A DNA stretch of 64,000 bases from a virus (Duplodnaviria; Heunggongvirae; Uroviricota; Caudoviricetes). This document shows, piece by piece, positions 27,033-36,368 of the stretch (position 1 is the stretch's first letter; every line of letters starts with the position of its first letter). A program made the position numbers and the translations under genes. The notes beneath the pieces are model-generated. The model saw nothing but the letters and a program-made list of their open reading frames with translations, searched no databases and had not been told where the DNA came from. The stretch covers positions 1 through 64,000 of IMG/VR virus record IMGVR_UViG_3300033149_001657; one strand, 5' to 3'.

Positions 27033-28293
27033 ACACTCTGTAGAGAAGTGAACCAGATATATCTCCTAGACTAGCAGCTAAAGAGGATAGAACCTCAGCT
27101 TTCTTTGACAAGTCCATACCTTTATTCCTTAGTTTAACCATATGAGATCTAACTACCTCTTTAAGATCCTTTGGTGTTGGAGCCAATCTGTGTCTGATGA
27201 TAGAACGTATCTTATTCTCTGATTGTTCTATCAGATCTGATTCTATATCCTCAGCAAGCTCCTCCTTTACTATCGGATAGAGTTGTTCTGGTGTAGAGTA
27301 ATGTGGATAATTCTCCTTAGCTTTACGTACAGCTTTGTATATGATAGATACTGGTATCCCTTTAGATGCTATCTTCCATGACTTCTCTTTTATCTCATCA
27401 CATTTTAGCTTACAGAAATGAACATCCATATCAATATTTGAGAAATGTTTAGCTACAAACCCTTCGTATCCATCCTCTCCAAGATACTCCTTAGCTTCAT
27501 ACTCTATACGTTCTATCTGCTTACGAGTAAGAATACCAGACCACATCTCTTCTACGAATGGAATGTCATACTCTTGACAGAGATCTCTTGACTTTATAGG
27601 ATTAAGAAACTTAAGAGTACAAGTATCTACCACATCAAATACTTTGAAAGCTATAGGTATAGAATACTGTATGAACTCTCCTCTATTCAGATATCCGTAT
27701 AGTTCTCCAAATACTAAGTAATCATCTTTACATACTCTCTCTATTTTCTTAAGTAGCTCTCCATTATCTATCTTAGTAAACAGCTCTTTCCAGTGTGATA
27801 CTTGTCTCTTCATAGCCTGTAGAGATTGAACGTCCCATCTAGGCATCAATCTCGTTTTGCCCATTATTTCTCCATTAGGTAAAAGAAACAATCCAATATT
27901 AGTACCATCATATTTAGCTTGAACTATCACTTCTTTATCTATTACTTTTGTATCTAATGAGTAACGAATTTTTGGATAGCCTCTGATAACAAATGACTTA
28001 CTATCAAATAGTGAGAATATAGATCCCATAAGAGAGTTTCTTTTAAGATATATTACTCCAGTCCAGTCATGTCCATTCATTTTAAAGTGAAAGCTTCTTA
28101 TCTCACTAGGCTTACACTTTAGATGTTTAGTTACTATCGTTCTTATATTCTGTAATCCCTTTGTATGTTTTAGATCTTCTCTGATATTAGATAGTCGTTC
28201 AGATAACTCACTCATCATCATCCTTGCTCCAGATATTACGAAACTCTCCTCTTTCATCATTATCAATGATATGCCATAAAGTACAATAGTCAT
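26995..28293 (-). CDS. ATP-dependent RNA ligase (Rnl2-like nucleotidyltransferase); true start probably at an internal Met
   Basis: Motif I AKYDGTN, motif III FGELYG, motif IV EGFVAKH, motif V CKLKCDE. The N-terminus overlaps the upstream ORF 28208-28486. Confidence 0.6.
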   Translation of the reverse strand: MTIVLYGISLIMMKEESFVISGARMMMSELSERLSNIREDLKHTKGLQNIRTIVTKHLKCKPSEIRSFHFKMNGHDWTGVIYLKRNSLMGSIFSLFDSKSFVIRGYPKIRYSLDTKVIDKEVIVQAKYDGTNIGLFLLPNGEIMGKTRLMPRWDVQSLQAMKRQVSHWKELFTKIDNGELLKKIERVCKDDYLVFGELYGYLNRGEFIQYSIPIAFKVFDVVDTCTLKFLNPIKSRDLCQEYDIPFVEEMWSGILTRKQIERIEYEAKEYLGEDGYEGFVAKHFSNIDMDVHFCKLKCDEIKEKSWKIASKGIPVSIIYKAVRKAKENYPHYSTPEQLYPIVKEELAEDIESDLIEQSENKIRSIIRHRLAPTPKDLKEVVRSHMVKLRNKGMDLSKKAEVLSSLAASLGDISGSLLYRVYVQCLYELEDSI

Positions 28294-28486
28294 AAAACTC
28301 CTTCTCTAGTTTTCTAAGACTTTCTAAGATACTATCTATTCTCTTTTCTAACTCTTCAAGCTTGTCATACACATAGTAGAGAGATTTCCAGATGTTATTA
28401 ACTGATGGTATTAGTCCTATTGTGTCTGATGGATCATATTTCTCTATATGTTTCATATGAGATTTTTCAGACTCTTTCTTCAACAA
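28208..28486 (-). CDS. hypothetical small protein (overlaps ligase 5' end)
   Basis: 92-aa ORF; the 86-nt overlap suggests one of the two starts is mis-set. Confidence 0.3.
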   Translation of the reverse strand: MLKKESEKSHMKHIEKYDPSDTIGLIPSVNNIWKSLYYVYDKLEELEKRIDSILESLRKLEKEFYDYCTLWHIIDNDERGEFRNIWSKDDDE

Positions 28487-28548
28487 GATTTCCCTCCATC
28501 TTCTTGAAATTAATCTGTCTCTTTCATCTGGTACTTCTATAAAGTCTT

Positions 28549-28776
28549 CTAGTGAATGTCAAGTCCAAGAATCTCTCTAATACAAATCCTACAATCATTA
28601 TAGCACTCTGGATAAAGCTTACACGGACTAGCATAATTTGTTAGTAATCGTTTGAGTTCTTTTTTCCATTTCTGAAAATCCTCAAGGTACTTCTGTTCAT
28701 TAAATCGTTCCTGTAAATCTCTAACATCATAATACCAATATCTACTATCTTCAGGATCTGGTACTCTTATCTTCAT
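28549..28776 (-). CDS. hypothetical Cys-containing small protein
   Basis: ATG 18 nt after GATAGTAACTAT; SD-like GGTGTGAG. Confidence 0.4.
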   Translation of the reverse strand: MKIRVPDPEDSRYWYYDVRDLQERFNEQKYLEDFQKWKKELKRLLTNYASPCKLYPECYNDCRICIREILGLDIH

Positions 28777-28793
28777 TTCTCACACCGAAAAAA

Positions 28794-28805
28794 TAGTTAC
28801 TATCT
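28794..28805. promoter_or_regulatory. GATAGTAACTATC junction motif
   Basis: atagttactatc, 18 nt before the ATG of gene 28549-28776. Confidence 0.3.
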
Positions 28806-30699
28806 ATCCAGTTAACAGAGAAATTATCTTATTTCTTTCAAGCTTGTTTGGAGATAGATCTATATCAGCATCTTCTTCACTATCAACAAGTTTACATCCA
28901 GCTCTAACAAGAACATCAGATAGAGTAATCGGATTAGTAAACTTAGTAACTAGATAGTCTCTAGTCATAATACTTACCTTACCAATACGTGATGTTATAG
29001 CATTTCCTAACGTACATTCAGAGAAATAGAATCTTGACTCAGAAGGAGATATAGTAACTATACCAAGTACTTTCTGTCTAGAACCGATATTAGAAGTTGT
29101 GATACATTTAACGTTATTAGGATCAACCATGTAATTTTGTTCTAGAGCATTTAGATGTTCTTTAGCTACAAGTATCTTATAAGGTACAGAAATATCTATA
29201 GAATAATTGTAATAATTGAGAAATACGATAGATTTTCTACTAGATTCTATTCTCTTGACATAGAATAGCTCCGATGCTCCATTCGGAGCATCAGTCACAT
29301 CACCAGAAAACAATATCTCGTCTCCTAGCTTATATCTACTGTCCCATCCTATCTTACCAAACTCAGTATCTATTAATGATAGGTCTAGATCGATTCTATT
29401 ATCTCTTACATTGTTCCAGTGTACACCAAATACCATATCAGAGTCTATCTTAACGTAACTTCCAGAAGGAATATCACCAGTAAACTGTTTCTCAGTAGTG
29501 GGTAGAGCATATACCATGTAATCTGGAATATATACACTCTTATCCTTCAAGTAACTTAGATCAGAAACTATAGAGCTCATAACTATATCATAGACTCTTT
29601 TAGCTTCTTCTATGTTGTTGAATGAATACTCCTTGACATATGCCTTACCATTTCTTATCTTGAATAGATTGACACTAGGATTGTTCATCCTATATTGTAG
29701 AGCATAAGCTAGTCTAGTCTTTCTAAAGACGTTAGCTTTGCTGAGTTCTGACTGAAGATAGTTACTATCTATTATTTCTCCTCTGTTGATTCTAGCAGTT
29801 ATAGTATCCAGATACGAGAGTGTCATTGGTCTGTGGTAACGTTTAGCTAGCTTTCTTATCTTGTTTGTGTACCTACGTAGTTCTGGATTTGTTCTAAATG
29901 CAAGAAATATTGGCTTGAATCTATAGAATATAGAACCAAGAGACTCAAGACCATGCTTCAGCTCATATTGTTTCAGAGACCTCAAGACATTAAGGTTCTG
30001 GCTTGAATGTATTTGTAAACACAAATCAGTATTCTTGATTAGAAGAGAGCTACCTGTCGACTCATACACCATTAATCGTAGCATCTCAACTGGATTTCTA
30101 GGTACTAAACCAAGATATTCATAAGATAGACATCTAACTTCTCTATTTTTGATTAATTCTAGAAAACTCTCATCAATTACACCTTTAGAGATTAGATAGA
30201 GAATGACATTCATAGCATCTCTTACTGTATCTTCTTTCAAAGCTATTCCAGACGATAAGAGAGAAAGTAGCTTATCTTTTATCTCTTCAGGTGTATATCC
30301 TTTGATAACAGTAAGATACACTCCATCCTTAAGAGAAGGAATATCCAACTCTTCAGCTGGTATGAAGACTCTATCAGATTCATATATACCTAGCATTTCA
30401 TATCCATAAGTAGTAATGTAATGTACTATTTGCTCTAATACAAGATGAAACATAGGAGTATCTCTGACTTTTCTCCATGATTTATGAAATGATGAATTCA
30501 TGTCTTTTGGAGATAGTCCTATTAAGTGTCTGATTCTATCGATCTTTCTTAGCAAGTCTTCTTCCGAATAGTTGTAGATAACTTCTTCTGAAAAGATAAT
30601 GCCATTACTGATACAAGCTTCAAGAAGTCTTGAGCTCGGCTTAGCTTTCTTCTTCTCTTCTATAGGTAGAGCTTTAAAGAGTTTAACGATAGATTCCAT
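28804..30699 (-). CDS. large hypothetical protein (631 aa)
   Basis: Long uninterrupted ORF; preceded by a structured tandem inverted-repeat element (30720-30912). Confidence 0.5.
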   Translation of the reverse strand: MESIVKLFKALPIEEKKKAKPSSRLLEACISNGIIFSEEVIYNYSEEDLLRKIDRIRHLIGLSPKDMNSSFHKSWRKVRDTPMFHLVLEQIVHYITTYGYEMLGIYESDRVFIPAEELDIPSLKDGVYLTVIKGYTPEEIKDKLLSLLSSGIALKEDTVRDAMNVILYLISKGVIDESFLELIKNREVRCLSYEYLGLVPRNPVEMLRLMVYESTGSSLLIKNTDLCLQIHSSQNLNVLRSLKQYELKHGLESLGSIFYRFKPIFLAFRTNPELRRYTNKIRKLAKRYHRPMTLSYLDTITARINRGEIIDSNYLQSELSKANVFRKTRLAYALQYRMNNPSVNLFKIRNGKAYVKEYSFNNIEEAKRVYDIVMSSIVSDLSYLKDKSVYIPDYMVYALPTTEKQFTGDIPSGSYVKIDSDMVFGVHWNNVRDNRIDLDLSLIDTEFGKIGWDSRYKLGDEILFSGDVTDAPNGASELFYVKRIESSRKSIVFLNYYNYSIDISVPYKILVAKEHLNALEQNYMVDPNNVKCITTSNIGSRQKVLGIVTISPSESRFYFSECTLGNAITSRIGKVSIMTRDYLVTKFTNPITLSDVLVRAGCKLVDSEEDADIDLSPNKLERNKIISLLTG

Positions 30700-30719
30700 C
30701 TTTAATCATCTCTATTATT

Positions 30720-30912
30720 GCTTAGAGACGAGGAGTAAAAGCCCAGCTGCTTGATAGGAACTCCATATGTCTCTAAGCAGTTACTCCTAAACCACTATTG
30801 TATATAAAGGTTTAGGAGCTTTCCCGACAGAGAGCTTAGATAGAACGAGGAGTAGAACCCTAAAGGCAGGTTAAGTAGGAACTCCATATGCCCTATCTTT
30901 CTGCTCTCTGTC
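30720..30912. ncRNA. tandem pair of inverted-repeat-bounded elements (candidate structured RNA or protein-binding leader)
   Basis: GCTTAGAGAC...GTCTCTAAGC (30720-30778) and GACAGAGAGC...GCTCTCTGTC (30826-30912), each enclosing ACGAGGAGTA.AA.CC....TAGGAACTCCATATG. Lies upstream of the 631-aa gene. Confidence 0.3.
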
Positions 30913-31242
30913 TCTAGGACTCCTTTGTAACCCTCTTAAGACTATATAAAAGAATAACCCTGATATTATAAATGGTATTGAGAGAATCCATAGACTCATG
31001 TAAACTAAATGAAATGTAAATACTATAGACAATCCTAATCCAATTTTAGCTATAATTATAGTTAGTCTTCTTCTGGTTTTTTCATTGATATGAATCCACC
31101 AAGAGAAGATAACAGGCAGAATAGATGACAAGATTCCGTAATAAAACATAGGATGTATAAGGTATCCTAGAATTGCAGATACCAAAGATGTTAAACCTAA
31201 TGCTGTAAGACAGACTTTACAATCTCTGTCCATAAACCACAC
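30871..31242 (-). CDS. multi-pass membrane protein
   Basis: Four hydrophobic helices. Confidence 0.45.
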   Translation of the reverse strand: MWFMDRDCKVCLTALGLTSLVSAILGYLIHPMFYYGILSSILPVIFSWWIHINEKTRRRLTIIIAKIGLGLSIVFTFHLVYMSLWILSIPFIISGLFFYIVLRGLQRSPRDREQKDRAYGVPT

Positions 31243-31650
31243 TCAAAGATTATTGTTTTCCCATTTCTCAATCTCGTCTTTAAGTCTTGAAAAGACCTTC
31301 CTTCTCTCTTCTGAAGTCATAGCATAGAATAAAGATTCCCATCCTCCCTCATTCTTTATGTATATCTGTAACCTATCTTCTGGATCATACTCTAGGTCTT
31401 TTATTTTACCTGTAGTCTTAAACTCTTCAATCCATTTCTCAGCTAATATGATAGCTTTATCTGAAGGATAATCCTCTCCCATTTCATCTGAAAAACGAGC
31501 TATCTCTTGACAGAAATCTTTATTGTATTTCTCATTAAATCCGAGCTTTATTATTTCATCTTGAAGTCTCATAAGCTTTGAAGTATTAGGATGATACTTC
31601 TTCATTTTAAAACACTCTAATTGTTTGTATAAAGAATAACTAACAGTCAT
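31243..31650 (-). CDS. hypothetical protein
   Basis: 135-aa ORF. Confidence 0.4.
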   Translation of the reverse strand: MTVSYSLYKQLECFKMKKYHPNTSKLMRLQDEIIKLGFNEKYNKDFCQEIARFSDEMGEDYPSDKAIILAEKWIEEFKTTGKIKDLEYDPEDRLQIYIKNEGGWESLFYAMTSEERRKVFSRLKDEIEKWENNNL

Positions 31651-32007
31651 TCATAAACTTCTGTCTATAACGTTCACTAGCTGGCATGTGTTCAAATAGA
31701 TCTGGATTACGAATAACATCAACTAAGACTATCATCATTGAAATAATCAAGAGAGCTATAGGCATATCTATCATCCTTGCTTAGAAATCTTATTGAGATA
31801 TTCTAGAAATGGCTTTGCATCTTTTTTAAATGTTTCATACGACATGCTATATTTTATTTCTGGATAGAATCCAAATTTACATCTGCAATTATCAACAGTA
31901 CACCTACAATCACTGCCTTGTCCCTTATGTAAGATGATATGATGTCCACATTCACAAATCTCTGAACATCATTATTTATCACTCCACTTCCTCTGGAGCT
32001 ATCTTTG

Positions 32008-32898
32008 CTACCCAACTCTTTCCAGTGTCTCAATATCATCCTTTATTTCTTTAAGCTCTGCTTTGGTGAGCTTCTCTGATAGAAGTTCATCCGTAATATC
32101 GATACCTTTCTTGATGCAATATCCAATATTCACACACCATGCATCTTCTCTATCCATAGCCCACATACACTTCTCATCAAATATTCTACATTTAGCATCA
32201 TCAGATATTTTCTCGTCTGTAAAACCTATTACTATCTCATCATCTTCATATTTGGAGTGTTTGTTCATTTCTTTATTTCTAAAGTTACAATATCCATAGT
32301 CAGAATATGCTTTGTAATATTGTTTCTCCTCAATCTTCTTTCCTGTGTCCTCTAGAAACTTCTCTATTTCACCAGTAAGTAATATGCTTACTTTACCATC
32401 TCCAGTCAATATACTTCCACATGGCACCTCTACAGAAATCTTAGCTTTAAAATCAAAGTCATTATCCACTACTATTGAAAATGGATGATTACAATTTACG
32501 TATTCTTCATCTGTACTAGAATGCCATGCACCATTCTTGAAAGGATGATAATGTATCACACCTTTACCTACTCCTATGTCAGGATCAGATACTGATACTG
32601 ATGAGCTAGTAACTTTCTGTTCTGGTATAATCATATCCTTGACTATGAATCCTCTATCTGTTTCTTCATAGTCTAGATAAGCTAACCATTCTGTAGAATA
32701 CTGTTTCACTAACAATAATATTTTAGAAAATATGTCCCATGGGATCTCTATCTCTTTAGAGTTTTTGTATGGACAGTATGTATGTCTATTACCGTCAGAC
32801 CATACTGTATTCTTGTAGCTCGTATATCTTGTTATCTTATTCTGATTCTTGCTCTTCTTCAATTCCTTTGATCCTCCATACTCTTTCATTCTTATCAC
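32008..32898 (-). CDS. JAB/MPN (JAMM) metalloprotease-domain protein, deubiquitinase-like
   Basis: Motif E70..H116-Y-H118-PFKNGAWH-SSTD fits E-x(n)-HxH-x(7-8)-S-xx-D. Overlaps the E1 gene by 62 nt, so operonic. Confidence 0.5.
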   Translation of the reverse strand: MIRMKEYGGSKELKKSKNQNKITRYTSYKNTVWSDGNRHTYCPYKNSKEIEIPWDIFSKILLLVKQYSTEWLAYLDYEETDRGFIVKDMIIPEQKVTSSSVSVSDPDIGVGKGVIHYHPFKNGAWHSSTDEEYVNCNHPFSIVVDNDFDFKAKISVEVPCGSILTGDGKVSILLTGEIEKFLEDTGKKIEEKQYYKAYSDYGYCNFRNKEMNKHSKYEDDEIVIGFTDEKISDDAKCRIFDEKCMWAMDREDAWCVNIGYCIKKGIDITDELLSEKLTKAELKEIKDDIETLERVG

Positions 32899-33523
32899 CT
32901 ATGACTTTAGTTACTATCTCCATCATCTCCTTATTTGATAGAAATGAACTTGGAGATCTATCAGAATATGCTAACCAACATGCTATCTGAGCTATGAAAC
33001 TAGCTGGAATAACCCAGCTAGGAACTATATTATATCCTTCTTGATCATCACCCCACGTTACTTCAGATAGCTTATAATTTTTAGATATTGTAACATGTTC
33101 TCCATCGTAGGAAGCTCTAATGAGAGTAAAATGCATTCTTCTCCAGATCCTCTCAATTATTTTATGAGCTTTTGAGTTATCAGTAGTATCAAAAACTATA
33201 TCACATTGACCAAGAAGATCAGCTGTTTCTTCAACAATCCTTCTCTCTATAGCAAATACTGTAGCATCTGGTCTAATCGAAATAATGAAGCTCCTTAAAA
33301 CCTTAGATTTCTTTTTTCCTATTACATCTTTAGGATATGGTAGTCTGTTTAAGTTAGTTACATCCACAAAGTCATCATCAAACAAATAGATAGTGTCTAC
33401 TCCAGACATAGCTGAATAGATACCTACCCATGTTCCTATTCCACCACATCCTATTATTCCTATCTTATGTGGAATATGCAATTTTAACTCACTCTGCCTT
33501 GAATACATCTTCACACACTCCAA
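32837..33523 (-). CDS. ThiF/MoeB/E1-like adenylyltransferase
   Basis: Motifs IGIIGCGGIGTWVG (GxGxxG), DDDFVDVTNLNRL and DIVFDTTDNSKAH. Confidence 0.8.
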   Translation of the reverse strand: MECVKMYSRQSELKLHIPHKIGIIGCGGIGTWVGIYSAMSGVDTIYLFDDDFVDVTNLNRLPYPKDVIGKKKSKVLRSFIISIRPDATVFAIERRIVEETADLLGQCDIVFDTTDNSKAHKIIERIWRRMHFTLIRASYDGEHVTISKNYKLSEVTWGDDQEGYNIVPSWVIPASFIAQIACWLAYSDRSPSSFLSNKEMMEIVTKVIGDKNERVWRIKGIEEEQESE

Positions 33524-34638
33524 GCTGTTCTGAGATCATGAGATTCCTTTGAAAATGAATAATCACCACGACTAATCATCTCTGTTATTACATTAATCCA
33601 ATAAAGATCACTTCTATATCTATCATCATTGTTAGCTGTACCTAGTATTTCAATCACATGATCAAATATTGGTACCAACTCTTTCATTGATCTAACTATT
33701 CTGCCTCTAGCTGGATCATTTACTCCTAAACAGACACTACCTTCTGAATTGAGGTTACAATGTGGAATAGGAGAGAATCTAGCATTAAAGAATTCATCAG
33801 CTCTAACACATAATACTTCCTCTATTCTGTATCCATCTCTAGTCTTATCAAGATAAAATATAACAAATGCATCTATTTTCTCAACCCAGTCATCTTCTAG
33901 ATAATAGATTCTACTGTTATGGATTAGTTTAGAAATCTTAAACTTATAACGTCTAGCTACAGCTATCTGATTTTTACTTGCATATTTAATTCGCCAGATC
34001 ACTAGTCCCTTAGCTGCTTCTTCAAATGTAAAGTCTGGAAACTCTAATACTCTATCCAACTTGCTTCTAACTTCTTCAAGCTTACGTTCATACTCTTCAT
34101 GAATAGACAAAATTATACTTCTAACCTCTCTTTTGAGACAATTGACTTTGTTTGATACACGTCTCTTAATATATGTTCCAAGATCAGTATTCTCTTTGAC
34201 CAGTTTACCCTCAAATATTTTATTTCCTATGGATAGATAGACTGGTTGATCTATGTCTACTATTAGATCAAACTCTGGAACTCTACTACTTAGTGAAATT
34301 CCATACTCTTCAGTCTGTTTGGAAGCTTCAAGTTCTCTAGAAAGATAGTTACTAACCGTTCTTACAAGCTCTCTCCTATCATCTTTCTTACTTATGTCTA
34401 ATCCAGCTTCTTCAAGAATTTCCCATGATGTGTCTGTTTCACCAACAAATGGTCTAAATTCATAGCATGTAACTCCCAGAGCCTTAGCTATCAAATTCGT
34501 TGATAAAACTATTTCATTGTTCCAAAAGTAGTATCCATTAGTAGATATCATTCCGATTAAATTCTTCTCATCTTCAGTATCAAGCTTAAATCTAAATCTT
34601 GGTTTACCATCTTTTCGTTTACCAAATATGAATCTCAC
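33511..34638 (-). CDS. E2 (UBC-like) ubiquitin-conjugating-domain protein with N-terminal unknown domain
   Basis: C-terminal region FSPIPHCNLNSEGSVCLGVN aligns residue-for-residue with the UBC active site HPNINSNGSICLDIL (H293..C303). Confidence 0.6.
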   Translation of the reverse strand: MRFIFGKRKDGKPRFRFKLDTEDEKNLIGMISTNGYYFWNNEIVLSTNLIAKALGVTCYEFRPFVGETDTSWEILEEAGLDISKKDDRRELVRTVSNYLSRELEASKQTEEYGISLSSRVPEFDLIVDIDQPVYLSIGNKIFEGKLVKENTDLGTYIKRRVSNKVNCLKREVRSIILSIHEEYERKLEEVRSKLDRVLEFPDFTFEEAAKGLVIWRIKYASKNQIAVARRYKFKISKLIHNSRIYYLEDDWVEKIDAFVIFYLDKTRDGYRIEEVLCVRADEFFNARFSPIPHCNLNSEGSVCLGVNDPARGRIVRSMKELVPIFDHVIEILGTANNDDRYRSDLYWINVITEMISRGDYSFSKESHDLRTAWSV

Positions 34639-34709
34639 TCTCTCATCCTCCCATAAGCATAAAAAAAAATATGGGATATTGGAGCAGAATAGAACTCAAA
34701 AAGTGAAGC

Positions 34710-34991
34710 TTATAACCCAGCTTCATCAATTGGTTCTATTCTCACTAGATAACCATTGAGATCCTCAAATGTCTCTGGAGCATCCTCTGGAGATATCTCT
34801 CGTCCATCCACTTTAACTACAAATTTACCGATACCATGTTCTCTAGCTAGAGATTTAATGGTATCGACAAAGTATTCCTCTGGATCTACTGTAACTTCTT
34901 TACCACCGATTACTATTGTAACAGGTTCTGATTCTTCTGAAGTCCATACATCTTCATTTTCGCTAGTCCATTCTCTTGGCATATCAATCAC
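34710..34991 (-). CDS. ubiquitin-like beta-grasp protein (ThiS/MoaD-like), C-terminus AGL not GG
   Basis: Motif VKVDGREIS..LNGYLVRIEPIDEAGL* resembles ThiS/MoaD VNGE..DGDEVxIIPPVSGG. First gene of the Ubl-E2-E1-JAB operon. Confidence 0.45.
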   Translation of the reverse strand: MIDMPREWTSENEDVWTSEESEPVTIVIGGKEVTVDPEEYFVDTIKSLAREHGIGKFVVKVDGREISPEDAPETFEDLNGYLVRIEPIDEAGL

Positions 34992-35052
34992 TTTGGGCTA
35001 AGCCCTTATAGCTAGCTAGCATAATATCTAGCTAGTCTACGGCTAATACGAT

Positions 35053-35583
35053 TTAAATAATATTCTCCAAAATATCCTCAAGTATCTTGATCATTGGTTT
35101 GAATCGTGGATCATTAGCAATCTCATCTTTACTCATAGATCTTATCTCCTTGACAATGCCATCAAACCTTTCGGATACAGTGAGTGGAGAGCAACCCTGA
35201 ATCTCATACAGTATTTTAGCTATCTCCTTATATTTCTCAGGAACCCTGAATAAGAAATAGGCATAGGTAGGATCAAAGTCATCATCCCAGTCTCTGACAT
35301 AGTATGGATGCTTTGGTAAGATAACACAAGCTCTAGCTGGACATGTATATGCATCCCAGAAGAGACATCCACTACAGTTCTCTATCTCCATGTCATTCTT
35401 CATTTCTACACATTCTCTGTTACCAGCTCCATTTCTAGTGTAGAGAATAATAGTGTTCTCATCCTTAAGGAATAAGTCTCTATATCTTCCAGAACTCCAC
35501 TCTCCAAACTCATCCAGCTCCAACATAATCTTAAGTATCCTAGCTATCTTGTTTTCACCAAATAATAAATTATATAAGCTCAT
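35053..35583 (-). CDS. Cys-rich hypothetical protein
   Basis: Motif CSGCLFWDAYTCPARAC. Confidence 0.4.
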   Translation of the reverse strand: MSLYNLLFGENKIARILKIMLELDEFGEWSSGRYRDLFLKDENTIILYTRNGAGNRECVEMKNDMEIENCSGCLFWDAYTCPARACVILPKHPYYVRDWDDDFDPTYAYFLFRVPEKYKEIAKILYEIQGCSPLTVSERFDGIVKEIRSMSKDEIANDPRFKPMIKILEDILENII

Positions 35584-35780
35584 GTATGTCCCTTCAAGAA
35601 TCTAATAGCTCTCTCTTTACTATTGAAGAGAGTACTTTTACACAGTGGACATCTATACAAAACACTCTCACTATACGATGAGATCAAGTTCTTACTTGAG
35701 TAGATCTTTACAACTTTCTTAGCAACATTAATTTCCTCTATGTAACTAATTTCCTTACAACATCTCGGACATCTAGGCAT
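35580..35780 (-). CDS. zinc-ribbon small protein
   Basis: Motifs CPRCCKE..CPLCKS. Confidence 0.4.
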   Translation of the reverse strand: MPRCPRCCKEISYIEEINVAKKVVKIYSSKNLISSYSESVLYRCPLCKSTLFNSKERAIRFLKGHT

Positions 35781-35786
35781 TAAAGA

Positions 35787-36230
35787 TCACCAAATAAAAT
35801 CCTCTAGATTCTTAGTGTTCTTTTGATTAGGAGGAAAAGTAGTATTAGATACTACTAATACGATACAATGTTTTGAAACAAACATAGCCTTTCCAGATGC
35901 ATTATTAACATAGACGTCAAAGTCAGCTGATCCTAATACGTCAAGTGCAGTTACTATATCACCAGCAAGAAATGATGTTCTATCGATTCTGATATATTCA
36001 ATAACGTATTGTCTTAATAACCGTTTTATACGAGACACTGCCACCTTGTCTATATGTCTAAAGAAGCATCTTTCATGTATCTTCTTTATTTCTTTTCTAA
36101 AGTCCTCTCTTACTACATTGAATTTCTCTTTTGTATTCTCAATGACTCCTACCGTATCTTCCCAATTTACATAAAAACCACGTCTTTCATCATAGTAGAA
36201 ATTAGTGCTTAGTGAAATCAACACTATCAC
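35787..36230 (-). CDS. hypothetical protein
   Basis: 147 aa; GTG start. Confidence 0.4.
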   Translation of the reverse strand: MIVLISLSTNFYYDERRGFYVNWEDTVGVIENTKEKFNVVREDFRKEIKKIHERCFFRHIDKVAVSRIKRLLRQYVIEYIRIDRTSFLAGDIVTALDVLGSADFDVYVNNASGKAMFVSKHCIVLVVSNTTFPPNQKNTKNLEDFIW

Positions 36231-36368
36231 CTATAAACCTAGATTCTTCTCTATCCTAGAAAGATAGCTACCGATAGTAACTATCAATGGTTGATCTCTC
36301 TCAAAATAACTCATTAGATCATGACAAGAGAACATTTCATCTCTATCAGCTATGTCTTTCAAAGCCAT
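36231..36368 (-). CDS. small ORF (45 aa) found by manual translation
   Basis: ATG 9 nt after a TATAGTAACTAAAATATTT motif copy; below the 60-aa cutoff of the ORF track. Confidence 0.25.
   Translation of the reverse strand: MALKDIADRDEMFSCHDLMSYFERDQPLIVTIGSYLSRIEKNLGL
36273..36285. promoter_or_regulatory. GATAGTAACTATC junction motif (perfect)
   Basis: Perfect 13-bp palindrome. Confidence 0.3.

Noticed and set aside
31854-32039. 61-aa minus ORF overlapping the 3' end of the JAB gene.
   Set aside because: No SD. It overlaps 32 nt of a better-supported gene. Manual translation shows an alternative roughly 44-aa hydrophobic ORF nearby, but neither is convincing.
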